Notes: generated by a model not told the origin, from the sequence alone. A stretch of DNA of 63,958 nucleotides, filler included, from Babesia bigemina (GCF_000981445.1; 8 parts of 8 records of this genome joined end to end with filler, not necessarily neighbours in it); one strand, 5' to 3'; shown: positions 32,301 through 43,681, counted from the first letter of the whole stretch. Translations and numbers: made by a program.

Positions 32301-34544
32301 GGATTCGTGGAGGAGTTGGGGAAGGGGTATGTGAGTAGGTATTCGATGGAAACGTTCAAAGAGGGGTTGACTGATAAGAAAGACACATTAACCGATTACG
32401 GCCGGAAGTGCGCGAAGGTATGTCTCAGCATAGTGCCCATCGTGACCAACTCACTAAGTGAGCTCAAAGAGAACCTTGACGACGAAGACGGGAAGTGGAA
32501 GAAATATAAGATATATAATTCAGATAAATCCCACCATAGCCTCCATCGGCTATTCTTCCGTGACAACGGTTATGATATTGACTTGCCTGTGGAAGCGAAA
32601 CACGGCGAGCTGAATCATAAAGATACGATACTAGGTGAAATAATTCTCAACAAATTGAACGATCCTACGTATAAATTGTTCGCTACTAGTAAGCAACCGC
32701 TTGGCGATCAAGAGCTCACGGTAGACTTGGTCAACGAACACGGTATCCTTGAAGATCTGTTCGATTGCCTTAAGAAATACTTCGCAGTCTGCCACCTCGG
32801 CGCTCCCTCGAAGAAACACCCGTGCTCCGTTAACGAGATGCTGTGCTGGCTGACTGGTCTCCCGCACAATGGTGTTTATGAGAAGCTGAAGGGGTACATT
32901 CACAGCGTATTTATGGTGCCGAAAAAAGACAATCCATCCGAAAAAATATATATGCCTATTGATGCCTCTCCGTCTCCCATCACTGAACCCAGTATGGTAG
33001 AAGTTATCGGACAGGTCTGCGCCAAGTCATACGCCCTGCTGACCACCTTCGTCGGCACCGGTGACGAGGCAACGTACTACGCGTGCGAGTTCCCTAACAA
33101 CTCCCTCGGTTTGCAGTATCCATCAAACCCTGCCGACTGCCTCGACACGCTGCTCGACATCCTCCGTCGTATTTTCCCGCCGCTAAAATTCCTGTTCATG
33201 CAGTGCGGTCAACCAGCGTCTGAAAATGGTTGGTTGAAGTGCGTGTACGGTAAGAGTGTAGCGTCATCCAAGTGGCCGTGCAAGGAGCACTCAAAGGGCA
33301 AAGCTAGGTGCGAAGCAAAGTGTCAACCAACGTGCGGACCAACGTGCCAACCAAATTGCCGGCCAACGTCTCCACTTCAGTCCTACCTATCCGACTCTCT
33401 CACCGGCCATTTGCCACATGCTTTGACATCCATCGGCTGCAGAGCTGAGTGTAATACATGTCCTAAGGGTAAGCCAGGAATGCCCTGTATCACTCCGCTC
33501 GGGTTCCGTGGCTTCTCCGGGTCGACCAAGACAGGCTCCTACCTGTCCTCCGTCATCGGGGAATTCTTAGATATTGCAAATATTCATACCCTGTTTGGCC
33601 TATCACCTACAACACCAAAAACGCTGCCGGAACACTTTGACTTCGTTTCGTGTCTTGTGCGTGGGTGGCATAATGACAAAAAGTATCATAAAGTTGGCGT
33701 TCAGAAGGCTTTCGAAGACTCAGCCGGCAGCTTGTCTATCAAGCTGTATAATCAGCCTCACGAACTCACTGACGCACTGCGTAATGCCTATAGTGAGCCG
33801 CGGCCTGCTCAACTCAATCAGGTGCGTATGCCTCCACACGCTGCGTTGTCGAGTCTGTGGCTGATAACTCCTAATGATCTCAGCCTGAAAGCATATTGCG
33901 CTCCGTATATGTCACCTCTATGCGGGAATGCCTACGGGTGCCTGCCATTTAAGCACTCTAATACGTACCTCTCCTGGGCCATCTACCTCCCGTGGACATT
34001 CTGGGACCTGCTCAACAATCTCTACAATTCCTTCTGCTCCATCAACTGCCAAGACTGGGGATGCCGTGGATGTCTTCGTGGAGATAAGTGCAAGATGGGA
34101 GCGCATGGTTCTATCCATGAGACTACCAAGAAATCCAATTGTCAGTGCTCTTCCATCGTCGACTGCAAGGGCGTCGCACCAACGCTCTACCAGTATGGTT
34201 TCGTCTTTGGTGAAGCGTCGACGTTGAATGACAAGCAATCGCCGAAGAAGTGTTCAGATTTCTGCAGTCAGTTGAAGAATGTTTTAAAATCGAAATATTT
34301 CGAAAAATTGTTTGAAGAATGTGACAACTTCCTCTGGACAATACGTACACCTTTCTCCTACCTTGTTCTTTCACTCTGGCTCCTCTCCTTGTTGTACCTC
34401 CTCCACATCATGGTCATCCGCCTCGACCTGCTCCACATCAAATCTCACTTACACTCACCATCATCACATCGCATCGCCGCGCAATCACTACTTGCTGCTG
34501 GACGTGTTAACAAGCTTAACAGAGTGTTTTACCTTCAACCATAA
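29388..34544 (+). CDS. ves1: ves1-like cassette (frame open from 29271; premature TAA upstream)
   Basis: 1718 open codons with family motifs, TM helix and tail. Confidence 0.85.
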   Translation: MYSDLDRLCDAVMGFLHGVLEAVKEDDAVKTYDKYMDRKLNTVLEEVNKNIGSGRNGLAASVGAVRGWLEGYEGVLTTNTKNLRNAYITLRDFNFLKISDALSSLKKLRGDDIAKVADIIDRCITEAGNLSKDFTLAKVAYTKLDTSLRNRLRDTARRLEVEVARFVAAASNSELKAVVHLTGRELEVLQSTVNSHAKGCLHIMESKMNEEFNEKITQKIAGINDELKQHIIMLDRWIAAAQNVVEQAIKKCDEILGKIKENDENTLQTTEIGKAVEKLKGEAIKLLSSATEAKRSVQSLVPAALKKVEEMDTAVEYGLFQIKEQLMTGLYKYVSAYVAEVQRQVGLIKGKRGGDDGKGIEGIKKKVQGYMNQYKTFESLVQHWINDILTDNGIVKESLGTYVSKSGQHRFNPDDITNRNGFHLTNSNKVAAAIKEQLTLLGIEMGNAGIEDDGEDNIQNNIMAVHNCVTGFVMHLNAKLDKGKPLSGDRDRFVESIATAIEKAVVVGGDGAAFRSHLKPVVTNVLAALYTKTNQILTELESLVGVEHEVKIGDNLDDALGVSNNLVEGFTEAIKNPSETSSATFFNPYDAGSTIKLKDNILKTISEALIKQIGKENNHGRVNLEGVSNFALYRTSVTVPTDGKLTGIKDKKEGTLPEAIGDIKTEVEKALQNVQPHPSVGAIREVKDATFTDQYNIVKRELQDLTKLVDEKNDSLISGENGKIGVKTLLRDIKRGLGNKRVWYFFPKGLTEIKERIHHLQNTALTELLTNADNFYNDVMQKLTGEAIDSIKAFVNKEIHRSTTTMREKAQHHYHNKISSLFHETKSRVTKYIIEMETMIDKDLQSGVKGLMRKLRMHLENDIQTKVISGNKISDVYKNIAAFSTKLHPLLSALLTYTNADLKKIDPNFTKLAKFAKPLEMPFAILADVAHFSSAFANTLSTLSSLSSALDPQALPDAGRPVLKALKQGMLGFVEELGKGYVSRYSMETFKEGLTDKKDTLTDYGRKCAKVCLSIVPIVTNSLSELKENLDDEDGKWKKYKIYNSDKSHHSLHRLFFRDNGYDIDLPVEAKHGELNHKDTILGEIILNKLNDPTYKLFATSKQPLGDQELTVDLVNEHGILEDLFDCLKKYFAVCHLGAPSKKHPCSVNEMLCWLTGLPHNGVYEKLKGYIHSVFMVPKKDNPSEKIYMPIDASPSPITEPSMVEVIGQVCAKSYALLTTFVGTGDEATYYACEFPNNSLGLQYPSNPADCLDTLLDILRRIFPPLKFLFMQCGQPASENGWLKCVYGKSVASSKWPCKEHSKGKARCEAKCQPTCGPTCQPNCRPTSPLQSYLSDSLTGHLPHALTSIGCRAECNTCPKGKPGMPCITPLGFRGFSGSTKTGSYLSSVIGEFLDIANIHTLFGLSPTTPKTLPEHFDFVSCLVRGWHNDKKYHKVGVQKAFEDSAGSLSIKLYNQPHELTDALRNAYSEPRPAQLNQVRMPPHAALSSLWLITPNDLSLKAYCAPYMSPLCGNAYGCLPFKHSNTYLSWAIYLPWTFWDLLNNLYNSFCSINCQDWGCRGCLRGDKCKMGAHGSIHETTKKSNCQCSSIVDCKGVAPTLYQYGFVFGEASTLNDKQSPKKCSDFCSQLKNVLKSKYFEKLFEECDNFLWTIRTPFSYLVLSLWLLSLLYLLHIMVIRLDLLHIKSHLHSPSSHRIAAQSLLAAGRVNKLNRVFYLQP

Positions 34545-34667
34545 TCGTACTCACGTGTCTACTATCTACACTCACCTAGCATATCACCTACTCACCTAAC
34601 TTATGAATTGTGCTTTAATCTGTTGTATCACTCATTAATCGTTGTATGTGATTGTGTAATAGTTAAC
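34545..34667 (+). promoter_or_regulatory. Conserved 3' element
   Basis: Homologous to 6803-6925. Confidence 0.65.
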
Positions 34668-34888
34668 TAAAGTGTTGACCAAGATGCTGACCAAAGTGTT
34701 GACCTATGTGCTGCCCAAAGTGTTGACCAACGTGCTGCCCAAAGTGGTGACCAATGCCATGACCAACGTGCTGACCAATGCCACGACCAACGTGCTGACC
34801 AACGTGGTGACCAACGTGCTGACCAACGTGGTGACCAATGTGCTGACCAATGCCATGACCAACGTGGTGACCAATGTGCTGACCAAGT
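34668..34888 (+). repeat. 12-bp satellite
   Basis: Direct reading. Confidence 0.95.
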
Positions 34889-34891
34889 TGA

Positions 34892-35228
34892 TGTTACGGC
34901 AGCGATGACATGGTTACGGTAGCGGTGACATGGACACGGCAGCGATGACATGGTTACGGCAGCGATGACAAGGTTGCGGCAGCGATGACTGGTTACGGCA
35001 GCGACGACATGGTTACGGCAGCGATGACATGGTTACGGCAGCGATGACATGGTTACGGTAGCGATGACATGGTTACGGCAGCGATGACATGGTTACGGCA
35101 GCGATGACATGGACACGGCAGCGATGACATGGGCACGGCAGCGATGACATGGGCACGGCAGCGATGAGATGGTCACGGCAGCGATGAGATGGTCACGGCA
35201 GCGATGACATGGTTACGGCAGCGATGAC
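34892..35228 (+). repeat. 20-bp satellite running into gap
   Basis: Direct reading. Confidence 0.95.
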
Positions 35229-35328
35229 NNNNNNNNNNNNNNNNNNNNNNNNNNNNNNNNNNNNNNNNNNNNTTAATTAATTAANNNNNNNNNNNNNNNN
35301 NNNNNNNNNNNNNNNNNNNNNNNNNNNN
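35229..35328. other. Assembly linker
   Basis: N-TTAATTAATTAA-N. Confidence 0.98.
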
Positions 35329-35535
35329 TGGTCACGGCAGCGATGACATGGTCACGGCAGCGATGACATGGTTACGGCAGCGATGACATGGTTACGGCAG
35401 CGATGACATGGTCACGGCAGCGATGACATGGTTACGGCAGCGATGACATGGTTACGGCAGCGATGACATGGTCACGGCAGCGATGACATGGTCACGGCAG
35501 CGATGACATGGTTACGGCAGCGGTGACATGGTTAC
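35329..35535 (+). repeat. 20-bp satellite
   Basis: Direct reading. Confidence 0.95.
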
Positions 35536-35549
35536 AAGTGGTGATTATT

Positions 35550-36611
35550 ATCCACTCTACATCGCCCCTTATCCACTCTACATCGCCCCTTTATCCACTC
35601 TACATCGCTCCCTAACCCACTCTACATCGCCCCTTATCCACTCTACATCGCTCCTTTGTCCACTCTACATCGCTCCCTAACCCACTCTACATCGCTCCCT
35701 AACCCACTCTACATCGCTCCCTAACCCACTCTACATCGCCCCTTAACCCACTCCACATCGCTCCCTAATCCACTCTACATCGCCCCTTAACCCACTCCAC
35801 ATCGCCCCTTATCCACTCTACATCGCTCTCTAACCCACTCTACATCGCCCCTTAACCCACTCTACATCGCTCCTTTATCCACTCTACATCGCCCCTTTAC
35901 CCACTCCACATCGCCCCTTAACCTCCTTTAATCGCTCCTTTATCCACTCTACATCGCCCCTTAACCCACTCTACATCGCTCCTTTACCCACTCTACATCG
36001 CCCCTTAACCTCCTCTAATCGCTCCTCTATCCACTCCACATCGCCCCTTTATCCACTCCACATCGCTCCCTAACCCACTCTACATCGCTCCCTAATCCAC
36101 TCTACATCGCCCCTTAACCCACTCTACATCGCCCCTTTACCCACCTTACATCGCTCCCTAACCCACCCTACATCGCCCCTTTATCCACTCTACATCGCTC
36201 GTTATCCACTCCACATCGCCCCTTAACCCACTCTACATCGCTCCTTATCCACTCTACATCGCTCCCTAACCCACTCTACATCGCTCCTTTATCCACCCTA
36301 CATCGCTCCCTAACCCACTCTACATCGCTCCCTTATCCACTCTACATCGCTCCTCTACCTCCTCTAATCGCTCCTTAACCCACTCCTCATCGCTCCCTAA
36401 CCCACTCTACATCGCCCCTTTATCCACTCTACATCGCCCCTTTATCCACTCTACATCGCTCCCTAACCCACCCTACATCGCTCCCTAACCCACTCTACAT
36501 TGCCCCTTAACCCACTCTACATCGCCCCTTAACCCACTCTACATCGCTCCCTTTATCCACTCTACATCGCTCTTTTATCCACTCTGCATCGCCCCTTATC
36601 CACTCCACATC
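35550..36611 (+). repeat. ~22-bp satellite
   Basis: Direct reading. Confidence 0.97.
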
Positions 36612-36639
36612 CCTCTAATTACCTCGCCATAATACCGCT

Positions 36640-36765
36640 ATGACCTCTTTAAACCATCCTAATAACTTGTGTCTTGTCACCCTTCACTTCCCCTCTTCCA
36701 CCTCTTGCCACTGCCCTGACCATGTGCCGCCTTGGGAGCTTGACAAGAAATTTGACAAAATTTAA
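36640..36765 (+). other. Class C leader ORF in frame with ves but ended by TAA 36763-36765
   Basis: Manual translation MTSLNHPNNLCLVTLHFPSSTSCHCPDHVPPWELDKKFDKI*; 36883-36640 = 243 nt. Confidence 0.8.
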
Positions 36766-36882
36766 AACCTTAAAAATACCTCAAATAACAACCCTACTAT
36801 CATCCTTAATAACCTTTGTGACGGCCTCGAAACCTTCCTCGGCTTCAATCCATCTTCCAAAGGCTACAATGGCCAGGGGATT

Positions 36883-39800
36883 GTGTACTCTGACCTGGAT
36901 AGGCTGTGTGACGGGGTGATGGGATTTTTGAGTGGTGTGCTTGGTGCGGTGAAAAACGAAAATGAAGTTGAAACATACGACAAACATCTTAATAAAAGAC
37001 TTAATGAAGTACTAAAAGAGGTAAATAAAAATATTGGCTCCGGGAGTGATGGGCTTGCGGCGTCTGTCGGCGCGGTGAAGGGGTGGTTGGAGGGGTATGA
37101 AGGAAAAGTAAGAGAGTACAATGAAAAAGTAAGTGGACCAATTAACTCACTTTTGCTTAGTATTGATGCGTGTAAAAGTGAAATTGATATGGAAAAAGAT
37201 AGAGATATCGCTGACCAGATAGCTGCTTGGACGATGCGTGCGAAGGATTATATTAAACAGGTTGAGAGCGCCGAAGGCGCCTTGGAAGACATCGACTCCA
37301 AACTGAAAGATAAGTTGAAATGTCCAATTCACATGCTGTTGCAGGCAACGAAGACCTTCGGGGAGGAGGCGAGGAACAGGGACTTGGAGGAGATATATGA
37401 TTTTACCAATCTTAAACTGACCGACTTGTCAAAGTATGTGGATTCGAGATTTTATAAAAGAACTGAAGAGCTACGGATCTATTTGACGGGTCAGATTCGC
37501 GATTTGTATAGAATGCTAGAAGAATTCAAAAGGTGCCAGTTTTATGATTTGCAATCGTTTGTTAGTCAGGATTTGCATAAAGCCTTTGTGTCAGTGTTTG
37601 ATGAGATAAAACTCCTTCAAGAAATGTATGGAGAGCATATTGTTCCAGAAGTTCAGAACATTTTAAGAGATGCATTGGCAGTGAAGGACAAGGTTGCTTC
37701 CGAAAAAAAAGCAACCATCACCGAAGTGAATAGATTAGAGCAGCAGATTTTGGAACTTGGAGGTGCTAGCTCAGATGTTAGCTATAAAGTGACGAATGAG
37801 GTGAATGTTTTGCAGAATGACACAGCATTAAAAAAACTATTAATCGTGCTTAAAAGTCAGATTGAAACAAATATGGAGAATTATCTGAATAAGTTGAAGG
37901 GTGCGTTGGAAGCGGGTATGGGAGCTGCTACGAAATTTTACGGTCAATCTCGGTCTGGTGTGAGTGTTCTTGGTAATCATATGAAGCATAATGAGATATT
38001 TCCCGAACTGGGCGAGAAACTTGTACAACTTGCTAATACAAAAAGCCCTGACCCAACTAACTTGGAAAATGCCTTACATTATTTAAGCCTTTTAAACAGA
38101 GAATTACAACCTCCTAACAGCCCGTCGGAAATATATGAAAACATTAAGAAAGCTTTGAAGCAACGAACGACTGCTGTCGACTACCAACTCGGTAACTTGA
38201 TACAAACGTCGATTAGAAAGGGCATAGGTATGCTTCAGGAGACAATTAATAAAAACATTGATGAACATTTAAACGGCATTAAACTAGAGTTCCAAAAGCT
38301 TAAACCTGTAAAAGCTCAAGGTAAATCGGAGCTTCAGAAAAATGCGCACGATCTGCACAAACAAATAGATGCATTTTTGAAACAAAAAGTCGGAATTACC
38401 GGAAACGAACCCGAAAACACCTTCTACAAACATTTGAATAAACTAAAGGAAAATATCGAGACGCTTGGTAACAAAGTTGCTGCCGTTCATACGAAAGTAA
38501 ATAAAGTTGGGGAAGAATTAGATAAATGCATAACTCGAATTCAGCATATGCTCCATGATATGCCCATAAAAACTGAGGATATAATGACGCGTTTGAGAGA
38601 ATCTATAAACCTAAAGATTGCCGAAAACTTTCGAGCCATTCAAAATAAAACCAAGGAGCTGTATTCCGCAACAAAACATAAAAAACTCAACGCCTTGCAG
38701 GAGATTGTTAGAAAGCAGTACGATGCGATTGAGTACGTAATTCATAACAACGTTAACGGCGGTACAAAAGGTTTTATGAAAAGACTGCAAGTCTATTTTG
38801 TTGACAAAATCGAGGACCATGCAACCAAGCTGGCCTCTGACCTCAAAAGTCCATCTTCGCATCCGGGTCTACTAGCCGAACAAAAAACATTGGAGTACTT
38901 TTCTAACAAGCTCAAAAATCATTTCCATTTATTACTGCAAGAGGTGAGTGACTCATCCGTTTTGCCTCATCTCACTCCGTTGTCCACCAAACTGGAGACT
39001 CTACTCAAGCGCATTAGCAAATCAAAACATTTCGATTATCTCGTATCGGACAAGTATGAAGACCTCCAAAACGCCCTTGACAACTTCGCTCCCAAAAAGT
39101 TTGGTGACCTTGACTCCCCCCTCCTCGCCCCCCTCAAGTCCGGCCTCTCCGAATTCGCCGCGCAACTCGGCCACGCGTACGTGAGCAGGTACTCGGGTAA
39201 ACATTTCAACGGGGCTTTAGTTACTAAGTCTACTACCAAAAAGCCTGCCGAAACTCAGAAACAAGACGCCCTCGATAATTACGATTTAACCCCTGAGGGC
39301 CGCAACTGCGCCAAGGTCTGCCTGACGATAGTGGAGATGGTGATGGAAGAGATGGCACATCTAAAAAGTCAATGTCCAACTAATTACTCGTCGCGTCCAA
39401 TCTATTTAAGATCCGGTCCTGGTGCATTGTTGAAGAAAATGGGCTTCGTTGTCGCATCTGAGGAATCCAAGCAGGACGGTCAACTACAGAACACGGCAAC
39501 CATGACCGGTGACAGAATTGGTAAATTGATTGGCAGAAAAATTGACAGCGCTAAAAACAATACGCATCTTCCAAAGTGTAAGGATCATGACGAAAATGAG
39601 TTGGCAGAAAAGACACCAACTGCAACAAAATCTGACTTCCATATCATGGACGTTCTCGACTGTCTGTTCAGACACTTACGACAATATAATGAGGTTTGTC
39701 ATTTTGCAACGTTTAAGTCTACTAAAACTCCTTGCAGTGTATACGAGATGCTGGCGTGGTGTACTGGTCTCCCATACAACAAAGCCTACGCTGCGTTGCT

Positions 39801-41475
39801 TAGTGACGGCGTCAATTCGCAGCTTGATGACCCAGATGAAACAGTTGTCAGCGCTGAGGGCGACCTTGATATAGCAATATATAACCATCAATCTTCATAC
39901 TTGAATGCATATCCAAATGCTGTTACGTACAATTGTATAGACACGGTGGTTAGTGACATTTGTTCGATGTCTCATGAGATTCTTATCACTATCCTCGGCA
40001 CAGGGGACGAGTACACAACATACGCTTGCGAGTTCTCCAACAACTCTATCGGCTTAAAATATCCTGCGTCTGGCGAAGATTGCCTTGATATGTTCCTCGA
40101 CATCCTCCGCAGATTATTTCCAGTATTGCAATTCATCCATAGTCGATGTAAAGTTGGCGACAACCACTTCGGCTGGCGTGAGTGTTATTACGGCAAGGAC
40201 ATTCAGACAACCAAATGGCCGTGTACCGATCACTCAACTGACAAAGCAGCGTGCCAAGCAAACTGCCAACCAACGTGCCAACCAAATTGCCAAGTAAACT
40301 GCCATCCAGCATCGCCACTTCAGTCTTACCTTAATGACTGTCTTCCTGGTCACCTACCACATCAATTGATAACTGCTGGTTGTAAGGCGGTGTGTAAAAC
40401 ATGTCCCAGTAGTACACCTGGGATGCCGTGTCTAACACCCTGCGGCTTCAGGGGATTCTCAGGAAGCAAGCGCAGAGGTGACGTCATTAGCAACGTGCTG
40501 AGTAAATTCTTCGATATAACTAACCTTGCGTCGCTATTCTGCCTTGTGCCCACGCCGCCGAAGACGCTGCCAGAGCATTTCAACTTCGCTGTTTCGCTCG
40601 TCCGAGAATGGGAAGCGATTGCTACACTCAAGTTTGAAAAGCCGATCGAAACATCAATTGACACGGTATCCATCGGCCTTTGTAAAAAACCCCGTGAGCT
40701 AACCGATGCACTTCGTTATGTTTATGGCAGCAGCCAAAATGACCACGGTGCTTTTCACCCGAATCCCATGTGGGCTGATGTGTCCAGTTTGTGTATGCGA
40801 AAGAAGTGTTATGGTATAGATGAGCGTTGCGCTCCTTATATACAATCAGTGTGCTACGACGCATATTATTACTTGGCTTACAGACATTCGGACATCTACC
40901 TCTCATGGGCAGTCTACCTCCCATGGACATTCTGGAGTTTGCTTAATAATTTGTACAATGCTTTCTGTAACATTAATTGTCAAGATTGGGGTTGCAGGGG
41001 TTGCCTGAGAGGTGACAAATGTAAAAAGGGAGATCACGGATCTGTCGACGACAAGACCAAGAAATCTAATTGCCAATGTTCTTCTATAGTAACCTGTAAA
41101 GGTGTATCACCAACGCTCTACAGATATGGTTTCCGCTTCGGCGATGCGTCTAGCATGAATGATGGCAAATCAACAAAGACGTGTTCCGATTTCTGCACCC
41201 AATTGAAACGTGTACTGAACAGCAAGTATTTCAAGGAGCTGTTTATACAGTGCGACAAATTCCTTTTCACCATCCGCGCCCCCTTCATCTGGCTCAACGT
41301 CGCCCTCTGGCTCCTCTCTCTCCTGTACCTCCTCCACATCATGGTAATCCGCCTCGACCTGCTCCACATCAAATCACATTTGAGATCACCCTCATCGCAC
41401 CGTATCGCTGCTCAATCACTACTCGCCGCTGCACGTGTTAACAAACTGGGGAAGGTGTTTTATCTGCAACCATAA
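36883..41475 (+). CDS. ves1: ves1-like cassette (frame open from 36766; premature TAA upstream)
   Basis: 1530 open codons with family motifs, TM helix, tail KVFYLQP. Confidence 0.85.
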   Translation: MYSDLDRLCDGVMGFLSGVLGAVKNENEVETYDKHLNKRLNEVLKEVNKNIGSGSDGLAASVGAVKGWLEGYEGKVREYNEKVSGPINSLLLSIDACKSEIDMEKDRDIADQIAAWTMRAKDYIKQVESAEGALEDIDSKLKDKLKCPIHMLLQATKTFGEEARNRDLEEIYDFTNLKLTDLSKYVDSRFYKRTEELRIYLTGQIRDLYRMLEEFKRCQFYDLQSFVSQDLHKAFVSVFDEIKLLQEMYGEHIVPEVQNILRDALAVKDKVASEKKATITEVNRLEQQILELGGASSDVSYKVTNEVNVLQNDTALKKLLIVLKSQIETNMENYLNKLKGALEAGMGAATKFYGQSRSGVSVLGNHMKHNEIFPELGEKLVQLANTKSPDPTNLENALHYLSLLNRELQPPNSPSEIYENIKKALKQRTTAVDYQLGNLIQTSIRKGIGMLQETINKNIDEHLNGIKLEFQKLKPVKAQGKSELQKNAHDLHKQIDAFLKQKVGITGNEPENTFYKHLNKLKENIETLGNKVAAVHTKVNKVGEELDKCITRIQHMLHDMPIKTEDIMTRLRESINLKIAENFRAIQNKTKELYSATKHKKLNALQEIVRKQYDAIEYVIHNNVNGGTKGFMKRLQVYFVDKIEDHATKLASDLKSPSSHPGLLAEQKTLEYFSNKLKNHFHLLLQEVSDSSVLPHLTPLSTKLETLLKRISKSKHFDYLVSDKYEDLQNALDNFAPKKFGDLDSPLLAPLKSGLSEFAAQLGHAYVSRYSGKHFNGALVTKSTTKKPAETQKQDALDNYDLTPEGRNCAKVCLTIVEMVMEEMAHLKSQCPTNYSSRPIYLRSGPGALLKKMGFVVASEESKQDGQLQNTATMTGDRIGKLIGRKIDSAKNNTHLPKCKDHDENELAEKTPTATKSDFHIMDVLDCLFRHLRQYNEVCHFATFKSTKTPCSVYEMLAWCTGLPYNKAYAALLSDGVNSQLDDPDETVVSAEGDLDIAIYNHQSSYLNAYPNAVTYNCIDTVVSDICSMSHEILITILGTGDEYTTYACEFSNNSIGLKYPASGEDCLDMFLDILRRLFPVLQFIHSRCKVGDNHFGWRECYYGKDIQTTKWPCTDHSTDKAACQANCQPTCQPNCQVNCHPASPLQSYLNDCLPGHLPHQLITAGCKAVCKTCPSSTPGMPCLTPCGFRGFSGSKRRGDVISNVLSKFFDITNLASLFCLVPTPPKTLPEHFNFAVSLVREWEAIATLKFEKPIETSIDTVSIGLCKKPRELTDALRYVYGSSQNDHGAFHPNPMWADVSSLCMRKKCYGIDERCAPYIQSVCYDAYYYLAYRHSDIYLSWAVYLPWTFWSLLNNLYNAFCNINCQDWGCRGCLRGDKCKKGDHGSVDDKTKKSNCQCSSIVTCKGVSPTLYRYGFRFGDASSMNDGKSTKTCSDFCTQLKRVLNSKYFKELFIQCDKFLFTIRAPFIWLNVALWLLSLLYLLHIMVIRLDLLHIKSHLRSPSSHRIAAQSLLAAARVNKLGKVFYLQP

Positions 41476-41597
41476 TCGTACTCACGTGTCTACTATCTAC
41501 ACTCACCTAGCATCACCTACTCACCTAACTTATGAATTGTGCTTTAATCTGTTGTATCACTCATTAATCGTTGTAAGTGATTGTGTAGTAGTTAACT
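41476..41597 (+). promoter_or_regulatory. Conserved 3' element
   Basis: Homologous to 6803-6925. Confidence 0.65.
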
Positions 41598-41925
41598 AAA
41601 GTGGTGATCTAGTAGCTGCCCAAAGTGTTGACCAATGCCATGACCAAGATGCTGCCCAAAGTGTTGACCAATGCCATGACCTAAGTGTTGACCAATGCCA
41701 CGACCAAGGTGCTGACCAATGCCACGACCAACGTGGTGACCAGAGTGCTGACCAATGCCATGGCCAAAGTGCTGACCAATGCGATGACCAAAGTGGTGAC
41801 CAATGTGCTGACCAATGTGCTGACCAATGTGCTGACCAATGTGCTGACCAAGATGCTGCCCAAAGTGCTGACCAACGTGTTGACCAAAGTGTTGACCAAA
41901 GTGCTGACCAAAGTGTTGACCAAGT
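41598..41925 (+). repeat. 12-bp satellite
   Basis: Direct reading. Confidence 0.95.
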
Positions 41926-41928
41926 TGA

Positions 41929-42277
41929 TGTTACGGCAGCGATGGCATGGTCACGGCAGCGATGACATGGTCACGGCAGCGATGACATGGTCACGGCAGC
42001 GATGACATGGTCACGACAGCGATGACATGGTTACCAAGTTAGTGGTCACGGCAGCGATGACATGGTTACGGCAGCGATGACATGGTCACGGCAGCGATGA
42101 CATGGTCACGACAGCGATGACATGGTTACCAAGTTAGTGGTCACGGCAGCGACGACATGGTCACGGCAGCGATGACATGGACACGGCAGCGATGACATGG
42201 TTACGGCAGCGATGACTGGTTACGGCAGCGATGTCATGGTTACGGCAGCGATGACATGGTTACGGCAGCGATGACAG
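41929..42277 (+). repeat. 20-bp satellite
   Basis: Direct reading. Confidence 0.95.
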
Positions 42278-42299
42278 TGGTGACCAAAGTGATGATGAT

Positions 42300-42953
42300 T
42301 ATCCACTCCACATCGCCCCTTTACCCACTCCACATCGCCCCTTAACCCACTCTACATCGCTCCTTATCCACTCTACATCGCTCCTGAATCCACTCCACAT
42401 CGCCCCTTTATCCACTCCACATCGCTCCTTTATCCACTCTACATCGCTCCTTAACCCACTCTACATCGCCCCTTTATCCACTCTACATCGCCCCTTATCC
42501 ACTCTACATCGCCCCTTTATCCACTCTACATCGCTCCTTAATCCACTCTACATCGCTCCCTAACCCACTCCACATCGCCCCTTTATCCACTCTACATCGC
42601 TCCTCTATCCACCCTACATCGCCCCTTTACCCACTCCACATCGCTCCCTAACCCACCCTACATCGCTCCCTAACCCACCCTACATCGCTCCCTAACCCAC
42701 CCTACATCGCTCCCTAACCCACCCTACATCGCCCCTTAACCCACTCTACATCGCCCCTTAACCCACTCTACATCGCTCCCTTATCCACTCTACATCGCCC
42801 CTTAACCCACTCTACATCGCTCCCTTACCCACTCTACATCGCCCCTTAACCCACTCTACATCGCTCCTTTACCCACTCTACATCGCTCCCTAACCCACTC
42901 CTCATAGCTCCTTAACCGACTCCACATCGCCCCTTAACCCACTCACATCGCCC
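42300..42953 (+). repeat. ~22-bp satellite
   Basis: Direct reading. Confidence 0.96.
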
Positions 42954-43053
42954 NNNNNNNNNNNNNNNNNNNNNNNNNNNNNNNNNNNNNNNNNNNNTTA
43001 ATTAATTAANNNNNNNNNNNNNNNNNNNNNNNNNNNNNNNNNNNNNNNNNNNN
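42954..43053. other. Assembly linker
   Basis: N-TTAATTAATTAA-N. Confidence 0.98.
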
Positions 43054-43678
43054 CATGACATCGCTGCCGTGTCCATGTCTTCGCTGCCGTGTCCATGTCA
43101 CCGCTGCCGTGTCCATGTCTTCGCTGCCGTGTCCATGTCATCGCTGCCGTGACCATATCATCGCTGCCGTGTCCATGTCACCGCTGCCGTGTCCATGTCT
43201 TCGCTGCCGTGTCCATGTCTTCGCTGCCGTGTCCATGTCATCGCTGCCGTGACCATGTCATCGCTGCTGTAACCATGTCACCGCTGCCGTAACTATGTCA
43301 TCGCTGCCGTGACCATGTCATCGCTGCCGTGACCATGTCATTGCTACCGTGACCATGTCATCGCTGCCGTAACCATTAACTGTCATCGCTACCGTGACCA
43401 TGTCATCGCTGCCGTAACCAGTCATCGCTACCGTGACCATGTCATCGCTGCCGTGACCATGTCGTCGCTGCCGTGACCATCTCATCGCTGCCGTGACCAT
43501 CTCATCGCTGCCGTGACCATGTCATCGCTGCCGTGTCCATGTCATCGCTGCCGTAACCAGTCATCGCTGCCGTGACCATGTCATCGCTGCCGTAACCATG
43601 TCATCGCTGCCGTAACCAGTCATCGCTGCCGTAACCATGTCATCGCTGCCGTGCCCATGTCATCGCTGCCGTGAACAT
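43054..43678 (-). repeat. 20-bp satellite
   Basis: Direct reading. Confidence 0.96.
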
Positions 43679-43681
43679 CAA

